The notes under the pieces: generated by a model
Seen by the model: only the letters and a program-made list of their open reading frames with translations
The model's database searches: none
Told to the model about the DNA's origin: nothing
Translations under genes and position numbers: made by a program
In this document: in pieces, positions 1 through 20,310 of the stretch
Numbering within the stretch: position 1 is the stretch's first letter
How the letters are laid out: every line of letters begins with the position of its first letter
Source of the DNA: Trichoplax adhaerens
Taxonomy: Eukaryota > Animalia > Placozoa
Assembly: GCF_000150275.1 (NCBI RefSeq)
Contig: NW_002060948.1
Location: 5,626,336 to 5,690,335 of the forward strand
Length of the DNA stretch: 64,000 nucleotides
Direction of reading: 5' to 3'

Positions 1-10087
<10,087 letters not shown>

Positions 10088-10299
10088 ACCGGTAGGCAAC
10101 TGCAAAATCTCGGCTCCCAAGCTATGCCTTCCGCATGTAAAATGATATCCAACAATGTTGGTGTGGTAGTCCCTTTGGTGTGGAAGACGTTGTTGTAGGC
10201 TGTAGCAACTTTTTCTTCTGTCTTTGTCCTTCTGAAATGGAGAGATACCGGACAACATTTCTGTTGATTTTAGTCATGCTCAGTTGGACTGTAGATTGT

Positions 10300-11260
10300 A
10301 AGCTACAAATAGACCTACACCAGTTGCGAACGGACCGGAACGGAACGGTGCTTCGGTTACTGGTACTCTGGTGCTCTTGTTGTACAGTACAGTATATACT
10401 GTACAGTACAATGTACAATGTACAGTACGGCATTACTGTTGTGTACCGCAAAATACGGTACAGTACCAGTACAGGACAGGACACTTTCGTCTTGTTTGAC
10501 ACGAATACTGTAGATATCTCATTTTGGTTGCTGCAACCGCAGACTCACCTTGTAGAATAAAATGAAATATGAATTTTTCATCTATTCATTAATTAATGAT
10601 CAATTGATTTCTCAGAAAAATGGATGTATCATAGTAAAAGATTAAGTTTGTCAATGGATATAAAATCAATTCAATCTAGGATGTGCTAAAAATCAAGCTT
10701 TGCTTGCAGCTGCTTTGCAGCCCGTGCTAAAGGTAATGCTTACAGTACTTTACTGCGTTACCGTAAGCCATTCTGAGTCTACTAGAGAAAATTCTTGTCC
10801 ATTCCTTAGCATAACTTGCATAACTGTAAAATGGGAAGAAAAGAAAAAATTGGACGCCAGTCACATGGCGACTCTGTACGAGGAAATGTCTGTCAATACT
10901 GTCATTCTGTCTCTGATCAGATTGCAGTACTGTACAGTGTACAGTAGTAACGGTACAGTACTATAAATGTAATGATTGTCAGCTCGTACTGGACCATCGT
11001 TGGGGGGACCGGGACCAGTACGGTATGAGACTAAAAACCTTTCTGTTTTCTACAGTCTACAGTCTACAGTCTACAGTACAGCGCTTCAACAGACCCAAGC
11101 ACTGTACACACTGCAAAGATACGCACGCGTCTAGAGACCCCAAAGAAAACCGTATCACAAGTCCGGCCGGACTAGGAAAGCGTCGTAGTAAAAGACTTGA
11201 CGATATAAACAGATCCACAGTTTCGACACTATTCGTGGCTAGCAGTGACCATCAGAGAGA
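10300..11260. promoter_or_regulatory. Divergent (bidirectional) promoter region between CHD/Mi-2 and SSR3
   Basis: Start codons point away from each other (10087 -, 11268 +). The interval carries dense TACAGTA/TACTGTA clusters (10381-10475, 10925-10962, 11051-11080) and small GC-rich CCGG islands (10328-10348, 11002-11023, palindrome GTCCGGCCGGAC 11161-11172). Confidence 0.65.
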
Positions 11261-11267
11261 AATCATC

Positions 11268-13486
11268 ATGCCGGCTTCAAAGTCTCGTAAAAGTGAAGAC
11301 GACTTGCTATTGCAAGATTTTAGCAAAAATGTTACCACTGCTTCTTCAGTCATTTTTTACATCAACGCCTTGCTGGTTTCTGTGGTGCCGATATGTAAGT
11401 TAATCAATGCTTTTCATTGAGTATACACCTGTTTGTTTGACAGTCGTAGAGGAAAGTATCTGAAAGCAACATTTTCTATCACGGATGCACGGTACACGTT
11501 GGGTGGATTGCTTCCCATTTTATGATGATATGTTCTGTCCTTATTGTCGTCATATTGGTCCGAGATCATTTTACCGATGTCTAAATAATTGATATCACTC
11601 GCCATACATTTTCTCCTACCTAACTTACACTTCACTGTAGGCGCTTGATTACTTGAAATTTAGTTACGGTAGGCTTTGTTCCAACTTCCAACGACGTTAC
11701 TCTACAGTACTGTAAATGGCGATTCTGCAATTGATGAAACCATCTCAATGTACGTGCTACTTATCCTTCATATAAAGCATCTAGAAATTTCGGGATCGGA
11801 GCCGAAAATGTTCTTTTGAAAGTTGATGGTAATGAAGTTGAAATTAATTTAGGAACCACTACTTTCACATACCCTGTCAATGGCTGTCAGGACGGTACTC
11901 AATAGCGTGGGTTACAGCCGTGTTGCTGTCTTGTACAGTACAGTACAGTGAGCGCACAACAGCGCTTCTGTACAATACAGTACAGTAAAGTGGCTTGCTT
12001 TTCCTTGCTTAGTACGTGAGGCATTTTAGACTTGTTGGCGCAGGTTTCATTTAGCTTATTGTATGATGGACTAGAATAATTCAATCTGTCCATATTCTTA
12101 TCCTTTACTTCAAACATTATTGATTTGTATCTATTACTAGAAAAGGATGACAAAAAAGAGACTGGAGATGAACATTTTCATTGTGTACTCAGTATAACAT
12201 TATTGATCCTACGCCATTGCATGTAAAGTTAATAACATTGTCATCTTTACAGATCACTGTAGTGAGCTCTTGATAGGCGTAAATATACGCTCATACAAGT
12301 ATATAAATTAAGAATAAACTTCACTTTTGGTATCCGTAAAGCTTGGCAAGTTGTTGCCATTCTTTATGAGTCTACATTACAGTAGTAATACTTGGTTCCG
12401 CGATGTCGCCTGCATTTTTTGACCAGCTAGCTTTGAAGCATACTTGCATATGCACACACACGTTGATGATAGAGTTTACGTCGGCTACTCGATTACATTA
12501 TGCATCTAGTCACTAAAAGTTTCTTACAATTCTTCAACTATAGGGGTCTTTTGGAGAATCCATCAGTTAGATCCAAGATCTGCGGTGATTATCTATGTTC
12601 TAGGCGCAGCAGTCAGCACTTATATGGTGGCTTTTGCTTACAAGAACGTTAAATTCAATTTGAAACACAAGTATGAATATTATTTCATCAAGTTTGCGTT
12701 TAAATCGTAAAATATGGTATCGACTGCAAGTTACTATCTATTTGGTTTTGAATTTCATAAGTTTATAGCTGCTATCTGCACTATACCATAGTCAATGTTT
12801 TTGAATACAAATCTATTTAATATAATGCTGTAGCAGGGGTTTCTAAGAGAAAAAAAAATCCCTGGCTGTAGTAATTTAGACGACTTTATTTCTTGATAGA
12901 ATCGCTGTTAGTCGCGACGAAGGTGTAACAAGAGAAGTAAGCAATCAACTCAACAATTCTGCCAATGGGAAAAAGATCAATAAGAAGGAAAGAGATGAGA
13001 GGTTAGTTCTGCATTAGCGTTTCGCCTACCTTTCCTTAGTATAATTGTTTGGTGGCTTAAATATGAGATATCAGTGAATAATTTTCATATGAGCTTTTGC
13101 GTTACTGAAGAGTCGTTTCGGAATTTAGAAAGCATCATTAAATTTTTCAGAGTTTTATGGAAGAAGAATCAAGTTGCCGATTATGAAGCCACGGCCTTTT
13201 CCATCTTTTACAACAATGTACTTTACATGCTACTTTTGATTGGAGCTTCCTTCTACATTTTACGAAATTTCAGCCCTCAATCGTATCCTTTCATATAGTA
13301 ATTTAATCAATTGTAAGGGTATGGGTTTGTTTATTACTCTATTCGATAGTAGTATAGAAATTTTATGTACAGCGTTTATATTTTCGATTAAGTACAATAC
13401 TTATTCCTTAACGTTATTTTAGCAATTATATTTTATCCACTGCTGTTGCTGCTGGTCTTGTCGCTCTTTTCTCAACTGGCTCTTAA
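11268..13486 (+). CDS. SSR3: Translocon-associated protein subunit gamma (TRAP-gamma), 183 aa
   Basis: Five exons 11268-11394, 12544-12670, 12900-13001, 13151-13282, 13423-13486 (552 nt, phases consistent). Motifs [53 protein letters not shown] and [16 protein letters not shown] match TRAP-gamma. Confidence 0.96.
13283..13422 (+). other. U12-type (minor spliceosome) GT-AG intron, last intron of SSR3
   Basis: 5' splice site GTATCCTTT (13283-13291), branch site TTCCTTAAC (13404-13412) about 10 nt before the AG (13421-13422), no long polypyrimidine tract; splicing restores the conserved SSR3 frame. Confidence 0.92.
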
Positions 13487-14446
13487 ATTTTAAATTTAAA
13501 TTTTCAATTTGCTTTATGCAATTGATAAATATGATTGTTCGAATTTATAAATGAGACGATACCATTAAATCTTGGAATGTTGTTCTCATACATTATTGCT
13601 TCTCTTCACTGGTGTTGCTCTATTTATTTCACAGACTACAGCCGTTGTTTACTGTTCACGAAAGTTAAGGATGTTACTAACCACTGTAGCTGTTCCTAGA
13701 GTTAGGACTGTAATAATGACTGTTAACGGCTTGACATAGTGGTAAAGTATTCTTAGTTTATGACTGAGTTTTTACATTTAGTAAGATAGAACTAGTGCTC
13801 TATTAGGGTCCTAACTTGAGTTAAAAAATTCAGTTCGTGTAACCGGAGATTATTGTACTATAGAACCGTAGTTTTTGGTACAGTAAAAATTGCTATAATT
13901 ATATTATTTAGTCTAATAACACTGCTTAACTAGGTATAGGTTCCTGTGCATAACGAAAATTGAAAGTAGAAACAGACAGAAACGAAATGATTTCTATTAG
14001 ATTTCCTTTAGGTGTACTGTATTAGGTTCGATCGACGATATACCGGCAGTTAGGAAATAGGCGTACCGAAGAAAATATTTCATTTCCGTGTTGTGTTTAA
14101 TTAAGTTGGTCAAGAACAACGAATGTCAGTGATTTCTTAACTTTCTATCATTGAATTTATTTAGAGTAGTATTTATAATTTATGCATGATATCCTCCACT
14201 CATCGTATTACGCATATGTGCATAATTTTAAGGCTACACCATATGAATACATGAATGCCTTTGATTTCGGTTTATAAGAATTTATAAAGTTATCTTAGTT
14301 ATGAGACGTAAAATCGTTTAATGCGTCATACCGAGTAGAAGAAATCGCAGAGAGTAATAATGCAAAACTACTAACCAAGAACGCTGTTAAATCTCTCGCA
14401 AGAAGCGTGCGAAATAACTATTCTTAATACGTCATTAATAAACCAC

Positions 14447-14517
14447 GGAAAGAATAATTTTCAAGTGTTTGGCATCCATATACGTTTTCTACCATACACT
14501 GTCATTGTTCCATTTCT
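14447..14517 (-). promoter_or_regulatory. Eukaryotic SECIS element in MsrA 3' UTR
   Basis: Minus strand reads A-TGAC-AGTGTATGGTA-GAAAACGTATATGGA-TGCCAAACACT-TGAA: AUGAN/NGAN core, 11-bp helix II with one mismatch and one G-U pair, unpaired AAA about 12 nt after the core. Lies about 230 nt after the stop codon. Confidence 0.88.
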
Positions 14518-14735
14518 GTAGGCTTACTCTTAACGCCAGTCATACATACAGAAGGGTATTACGCCTCTTATTTATTGTAAGGATTATGTTGCAGTCCTAA
14601 AGTGCACATAAATATAGCATACGAGTATATGATAATCACCATCGGTAGGAAGCGAAAATTGTTTACACATTTCATATATCCAGAATATGTTGTTACCTCC
14701 AACGAATACATCAATGGCTTAGGGACAGTACTGAG

Positions 14736-17248
14736 CTAGTAAGAGCAGAAAGATCGCGAAGATCTATTTTCTAATTGTGCAGATAATTTATCCAGGATAC
14801 TTGACGATAAGTCGTAAAGTTTGGGATTTAAACTAATAGCTGTCTTGAGTTCTTCAGTTGATAAGTAGTTACCACACACAGCATTTAATTTAGCAACAAG
14901 TGGCGAGGAAATTATGTCTTGATCAGATAATTTAAGCAGCTTTGAAAGGTCACGATTTTGTCTGAAGAGATATTTTTGATGGTAGCTAAAAATGATAATA
15001 ATAAAACGAAAAATGAGGATATAGCGTAATTTCTAATATTTGTGCTTAAGTGACATGCATAACTATAAATAGAATGTACAGACTCTATTACATAATTAAT
15101 ATGATTACAGCAAGTAAAGATACAGTACATGCCTACCAGTTACTTTTTTGTCACAGTACTGTAGTCGTAATGAAATAAATTAATCTTCATTGATTCAAGC
15201 CATTCAAATGGGTGTTCAATTTTACTGTTTACTGCACTGATGAACTGTAATGTACTACCTATTACTTATCCACCAGTAATCAAAAGTATATTTACTACGA
15301 GTATTATCTTAATTGAAAGTTAATAAGCGTATAATAATTTTTAACTCGACGTACAATATACTCGCGATATATCGTATGTGAGGATTTCCAGCATCTCATA
15401 AATACTCACTAACATTACAGCAGACAGTACACGGTACGGTATAAAGTTACTGAACCTCTGTTAAATGAGCACATTATCGTAAACCGTCAGTAAAGCGACG
15501 GGAGCTTGCACTAAAATTATATATAAATATATATATTATACAGTATGAATGAGTGGGTAAGAGTGTTCCACATAGCTAAAAATGGAGAGTTACTGTAAGA
15601 TTAGAGAAATGCGGTATGTATATCAGTATATGTCATACACTCTACTACTACACAGTACACGGTATAAAGTTACTGAACCTCTGACAGGTCTACGACAAAT
15701 GGTAACACTATCTGTTAAATGAGCACATTATCGTAAACCGTCAGCAAAGCGACGGGAGTTTGCACTAGTGATACTGAAATTCAATCTAACTATGATATTG
15801 ACTAGCGATCGCCGATATTCAGTAGTGATGACTGATTCAGTGATAGCCGTAATCTTATTCACTTCAGATATGGAATTTCGGACTAATAGTTTAATACTGC
15901 AGCTAAAACTCTCTAACATTTTTTGTTTCTTTTGCTGGTCAACTTATGACAAATGATTCATATTTGACAGGCTGTAGAGAATACACACTTGCAGTAATAC
16001 AGTACATACTTCTCTGCAAGGAAAAATTTGCCAGCAGGTTGTATTACGGTGACAATTTTGCGGTAGACGTGTTTTTGGCGGTCAGCCATTGATCGCTTTG
16101 CTGCTGCTTCTTGCTTAGCATCATGATAAAATATTGCGGACATATACTGATTGCTTCTCTTGCTGGTGGGATTGTGGGATGTCCAAAACTTTGTCAGTAA
16201 TTCTTCGTATGAGATAACATTAGGATCATATTCAATTTGGATGGTCTCGGTATGATCGCCCCTAATCATGCAATATCAGCGTATACAAAATAGCTTCAGC
16301 ATCAAGTTACAAGCGACAACAAGCCACATATAAGTATAGACAGAATATCATTCAATTATTGAAATTGTACATGTTACAAACTGCAACGGTTATCTTAAAA
16401 TATAGGACTAAGGCCTACCCACAGAATACTCGTACATTATACCATAGACTACTTTTGTTATGCTGTACGTATATTCTCGTATATGTTATATCGATAACAA
16501 TATACAGTACACATAGCGAAAGCTAAAATATTCTCAGTTATGTCGTAGACTGAGTTCGATAAACCGATACGAAATCTAGTCTACTGTACGACTTGGTCTG
16601 ATATGATCTGAATCGATGGCTGACCTTATTTGTAAATAGCAGAGTCGAACTACTACTGTACGAAATAGAATACTCGGTCGATATGTACATGAAAAAGGAG
16701 AGGGTCATAACTATAATTAATTCACCGAAAACTCAGCACATTTCGTGCAACGCTTTACCAGTACAGTACTGTAGTATAGCACTCGGACCCAAGGGCGTGT
16801 TGATTAGAGCTGGAGATAAGTGTATAACGCACTTTCCATTACTATTCCCTTTACGAATGAATAATTTAAACGAAAAGTATCATAGGTAATGAAGAATGTT
16901 TCATACAATTCTGCATTAAATGGCCGCTTCTTTTTAATCCTATGAAAATGGGTGTAAATCAAGTATGATTACTGTATGAATCATCACAATAACAGCAGCG
17001 AATTTAATGTACGAGTATTTCGCCGGTAACTTTTCTTGATGCTATCATGATTCCAATAATATTGATTGTACAGTATTTAGTGTACTTTGCTGCAATTATC
17101 CTTACAAATTGTAATAAGTTGGATTTAAGGTCTTGCCCCCAGCAAATCCAACTTTAGTCCTGATGACGCCATTAAGAGCGGCGAACTGGGCTTCGGGAAA
17201 CCAAAATCAGCTTAATGCGAGGGTTGCTTTAGCGTAAGTCGATGCCAT
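14736..17248 (-). CDS. MsrA: Peptide methionine-S-sulfoxide reductase A, selenocysteine form (214 aa with Sec at codon 14)
   Basis: Exons 17106-17248, 16010-16261, 14736-14985 (645 nt, phases consistent). Translation MASTYAKATLALS-U-FWFPEAQFAALNGVIRTKVGFAGGKTLNPTYYNLGDHTETIQIEYDP...QYMSAIFYH...FFLAENYHQKYL...VAKLNAVC. In-frame TGA at 17207-17209 occupies the Cys position of the GCFW motif. Confidence 0.93.
15425..15767. repeat. Near-identical local duplication (~90 bp) in MsrA intron 2
   Basis: Copies 15425-15513 and 15653-15767 share GGTATAAAGTTACTGAACCTCTG...TTAAATGAGCACATTATCGTAAACCGTCAG(T/C)AAAGCGACGGGAG(C/T)TTGCACTA; copy 2 has an extra 31 nt (15684-15714). Confidence 0.9.
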
Positions 17249-17269
17249 TTTATTTATTTATTATTACGT

Positions 17270-18660
17270 TTTAGACGGTGTACTGGCCTATATGTAGTAC
17301 TGTATAATGTGTGACATATTGTATATGATGGCATATACATTATACAGTACTACTGTTGCTGAGCATGCGTAAGTCTGTTGCACTGTGTTGTGTGTACTGT
17401 ACAGTACAGTATATTGTAGAATTGGAGCTTTTATACTGTAGGGTGTAGCGGATACGGCAGCCCCTTCATGTACAGTATATTACTCGGTGTTACTGTACCC
17501 TACTGTACAGTATACAGTCTGTACTGTAGTAACTGTGCCATGGCTGCTGATGGGTGCTCCGTGCGTACTGTACGTACACTGTTACAACGTCAATCTTCGG
17601 CCCGCCCCGGTCTGGCTCGGTCTGGCCCGAACTGGCCAGGACTGGCCTATAGTTAGTGCACAGCTTGACGCAGCAAAACTGCTTTCCTATACAACTGCTG
17701 TACTACTGTACAGTACTGTACTGTACAGTATTTTACAGTGATTTGGAAAGAAGAATGGCACCGTGCCAGGTACAATAGCACCGCGCCAGGTAGGTTGGTT
17801 GTTGTCGGTCTGTTTATGATGAGTCACACCTTACAGTACTGTATAGTATCATAAAGATCAGAGTGTACAGTCCACTGTCAATAGCCAGCAATGCATGGCT
17901 GGTGTAGTAAAATAAAACTGCAAATTAATTAATTTTTGCATGTAGCAGATTGATCTACACTACAGTACACAGTCTACAGTACTAGTGATTGATTAATTCA
18001 CTTCGCGACATTGGCTCCATTCAAATTCGTTGCTGTCGCTGTGGCGTCGTGCCAACCAGTGCAACAGGAAGTCAGTACTGTAGAGCACTAACGTACTGTA
18101 ATCATGCCAACGGGAGAGAGATTTACATGAAGTGAACTCAATTGTTCATTATTAAATAAATAAACTGAAATTAAATTTAAATTAGGGGGGATATCTCTGA
18201 TATATTATTATTCGGTCCAATAGTCCTTCAGACAGGACTAACAAGACTCCTCCCGTTTTTACTCCGTCATTGTGACATAGTCATATCGTGAGATCTTGGC
18301 TATTGTCAAACAGACAGGTAGAAAAACCTCTGGTAGATACTGTTCAAACTCTCTCTTTTATTAGGGTCCGGGGTAAAGTGGGCCAGTTTTACTTGTCATG
18401 AACTGTACACTGTACAGTACAGTAAGCTACCCCGCGCAGTACTGTAGTACCAAACTGCACAATGTACAGTACTAGCAGTAACGTACAGTACTGTACTGTA
18501 CTGTACAATGTCTGGAATTTCAAAATTGTTTAGTTACCCTGCTAGTGCAGTCGAACGATACTGCGCTGCGCACGAGCACTACATGACGTCACTTTCAGCT
18601 TTCTACAAGGGTTGTAAGATTCTGCGTTTCTCTCATCCTTTACATTGGGACTCGCAAGGT
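17270..18660. promoter_or_regulatory. Divergent promoter region between MsrA and eIF4G
   Basis: Dense TACAGTA/TACTGTA arrays (17395-17411, 17493-17530, 17701-17730, 18403-18510), GC box CCCGCCCC 17601-17608, ETS-like CAGGAAGT ~18065, perfect CRE TGACGTCA 18584-18591, NRF1-like GCATGCG ~17363. Confidence 0.6.
17607..17646. repeat. GC-rich 10-bp tandem repeat, 4 copies
   Basis: CCGGTCTGGC TCGGTCTGGC CCGAACTGGC CAGGACTGGC. Confidence 0.85.
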
Positions 18661-20310
18661 TAGCCATATTGAACATCACTATGTTATCCGCGTAGAATCA
18701 TATGTGATCGATCATCTAATTCACTAAAAGTTCAATTCTTTCAGTTCCAAGACATCTAAATTATGTATTTTTAAGATATATTGGTTCTCATTGCTAATAG
18801 GGTCCGAGGATTAATCGATAGTATTTTAATCTTGGATTGCCTTTCAAGTCAGTAATGACTACTCCGAGTTTCAGCCAATATAGTCAGAAAAATAAACCAG
18901 CCCGAGGAAGTCAATCGTATCTTTTTTTTTACAATAGTACTGTGTAATATTAATTTAGGATCTGCTTATTCGTAGTATTTCTGTAACATTATGCTATATC
19001 ATTTGGTCATGTACTAATTATACCTTAAAGCCATTTCACAGACATGTCCTATAGTAGCATGTCGTGCACTCAATATAGAATCTGCCTTCAACTATGGGTG
19101 TAATTTAATAACTAGAATATTGGTACTGATTTCTTTTTACGCCTTCACAGCGGACTGTACTTAGCTATACAGTCTTATTGATCATCTCTATCTAGTTAAA
19201 ATATTTATAGATTGATACTACAGTGAAGTTTTCAATAGCTCTATGCTACGACGTAGATTTTAGGCCGCATAAGCTTACCTATGAAAATACAATGCACCGG
19301 TGTAGTTTCACGACAAGTTACTTCGTTTAGTATGGCGTAGGATATTCATTGAATTAACCGGCCATTGTCATAAAATGTGCTTTAATTGATTCGAAATTTA
19401 AGATCGTTGTCGTCTACCTTGTTTTATTAAAATAGTTTCGTTATTCTGCCTTAACTAAAATTTTATTCGACATTGTCAAAGTGGGGCTCCACACTATCCA
19501 AGTAAGTTCAACTTGAAAACTTTTTTTACTTGAAATCGGTAGAAAAAAGCTTTTTTCCTCGGATCGATTCTTGTTTGTTAAATAATTCAGTGGAATACAA
19601 TTGATGATGACTTCTTTCTATACGTATCGTAGTAAAATTTATGTTAGGAACGATGTCTGTTAACAGACATCCATAATTAAAACTAGTAGTAAAATTGCTT
19701 CCTTTACCTCATAGTTATAAGCCATTAACGTCTTATTTATCAATCTTCTTACTATCAAGTCGTAATCAAAAGTTTAAAGTCTACTATAACATTGATTATA
19801 ATTGTTGTCGTTGATTTCTTTTACGATGTACAAGTACTGTATATCGTGGTTGATAAATATCCGCCATAACAGTTTTCGTGCAGTAGTCATGCATTTCAAG
19901 GGGTACATATGCACCTGGGCATGTTTTATGAATTTGTTCTTATACTTTTTTTCACCTGACTACTCTAGAAACACAATTTACACAATTTTTAATTGATCCG
20001 TTTCTACTATTCTAGGACGTGATGACCACAGTAATTCACATAGAAGACCATATGACCAACAACGTGTAAGTTTGATTGGTTTTATCTGCATGCCTGATCA
20101 CCAATCAGCAGGATGATAAAGTTACAGCATGTACTACATTATCTAGACGGATTAATTAATCATCCGCTTTGCATTTTTTTTCTATATTTGAAAAATTGCA
20201 TCAGTAACTTGATCAGCTATTATTTGCTAAGCTGTATAATTTGATGTCGGTTATCAAAATTGTCGAATATTTCATGTAATAACTTCACAATTCTTTGCTG
20301 ATATATTCAG

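Noticed and set aside
10122-10966. Overlapping ORFs of 88-126 aa on both strands in the CHD-SSR3 interval
   Set aside because: V/Q/Y/C/T/S-rich translations are a by-product of the TACAGTA arrays; no domain signal. The same applies to 17468-17741.
17207-17209. MsrA as a pseudogene because of an early stop
   Set aside because: The TGA is exactly at the catalytic Cys position, there are no other lesions, and a SECIS is present.
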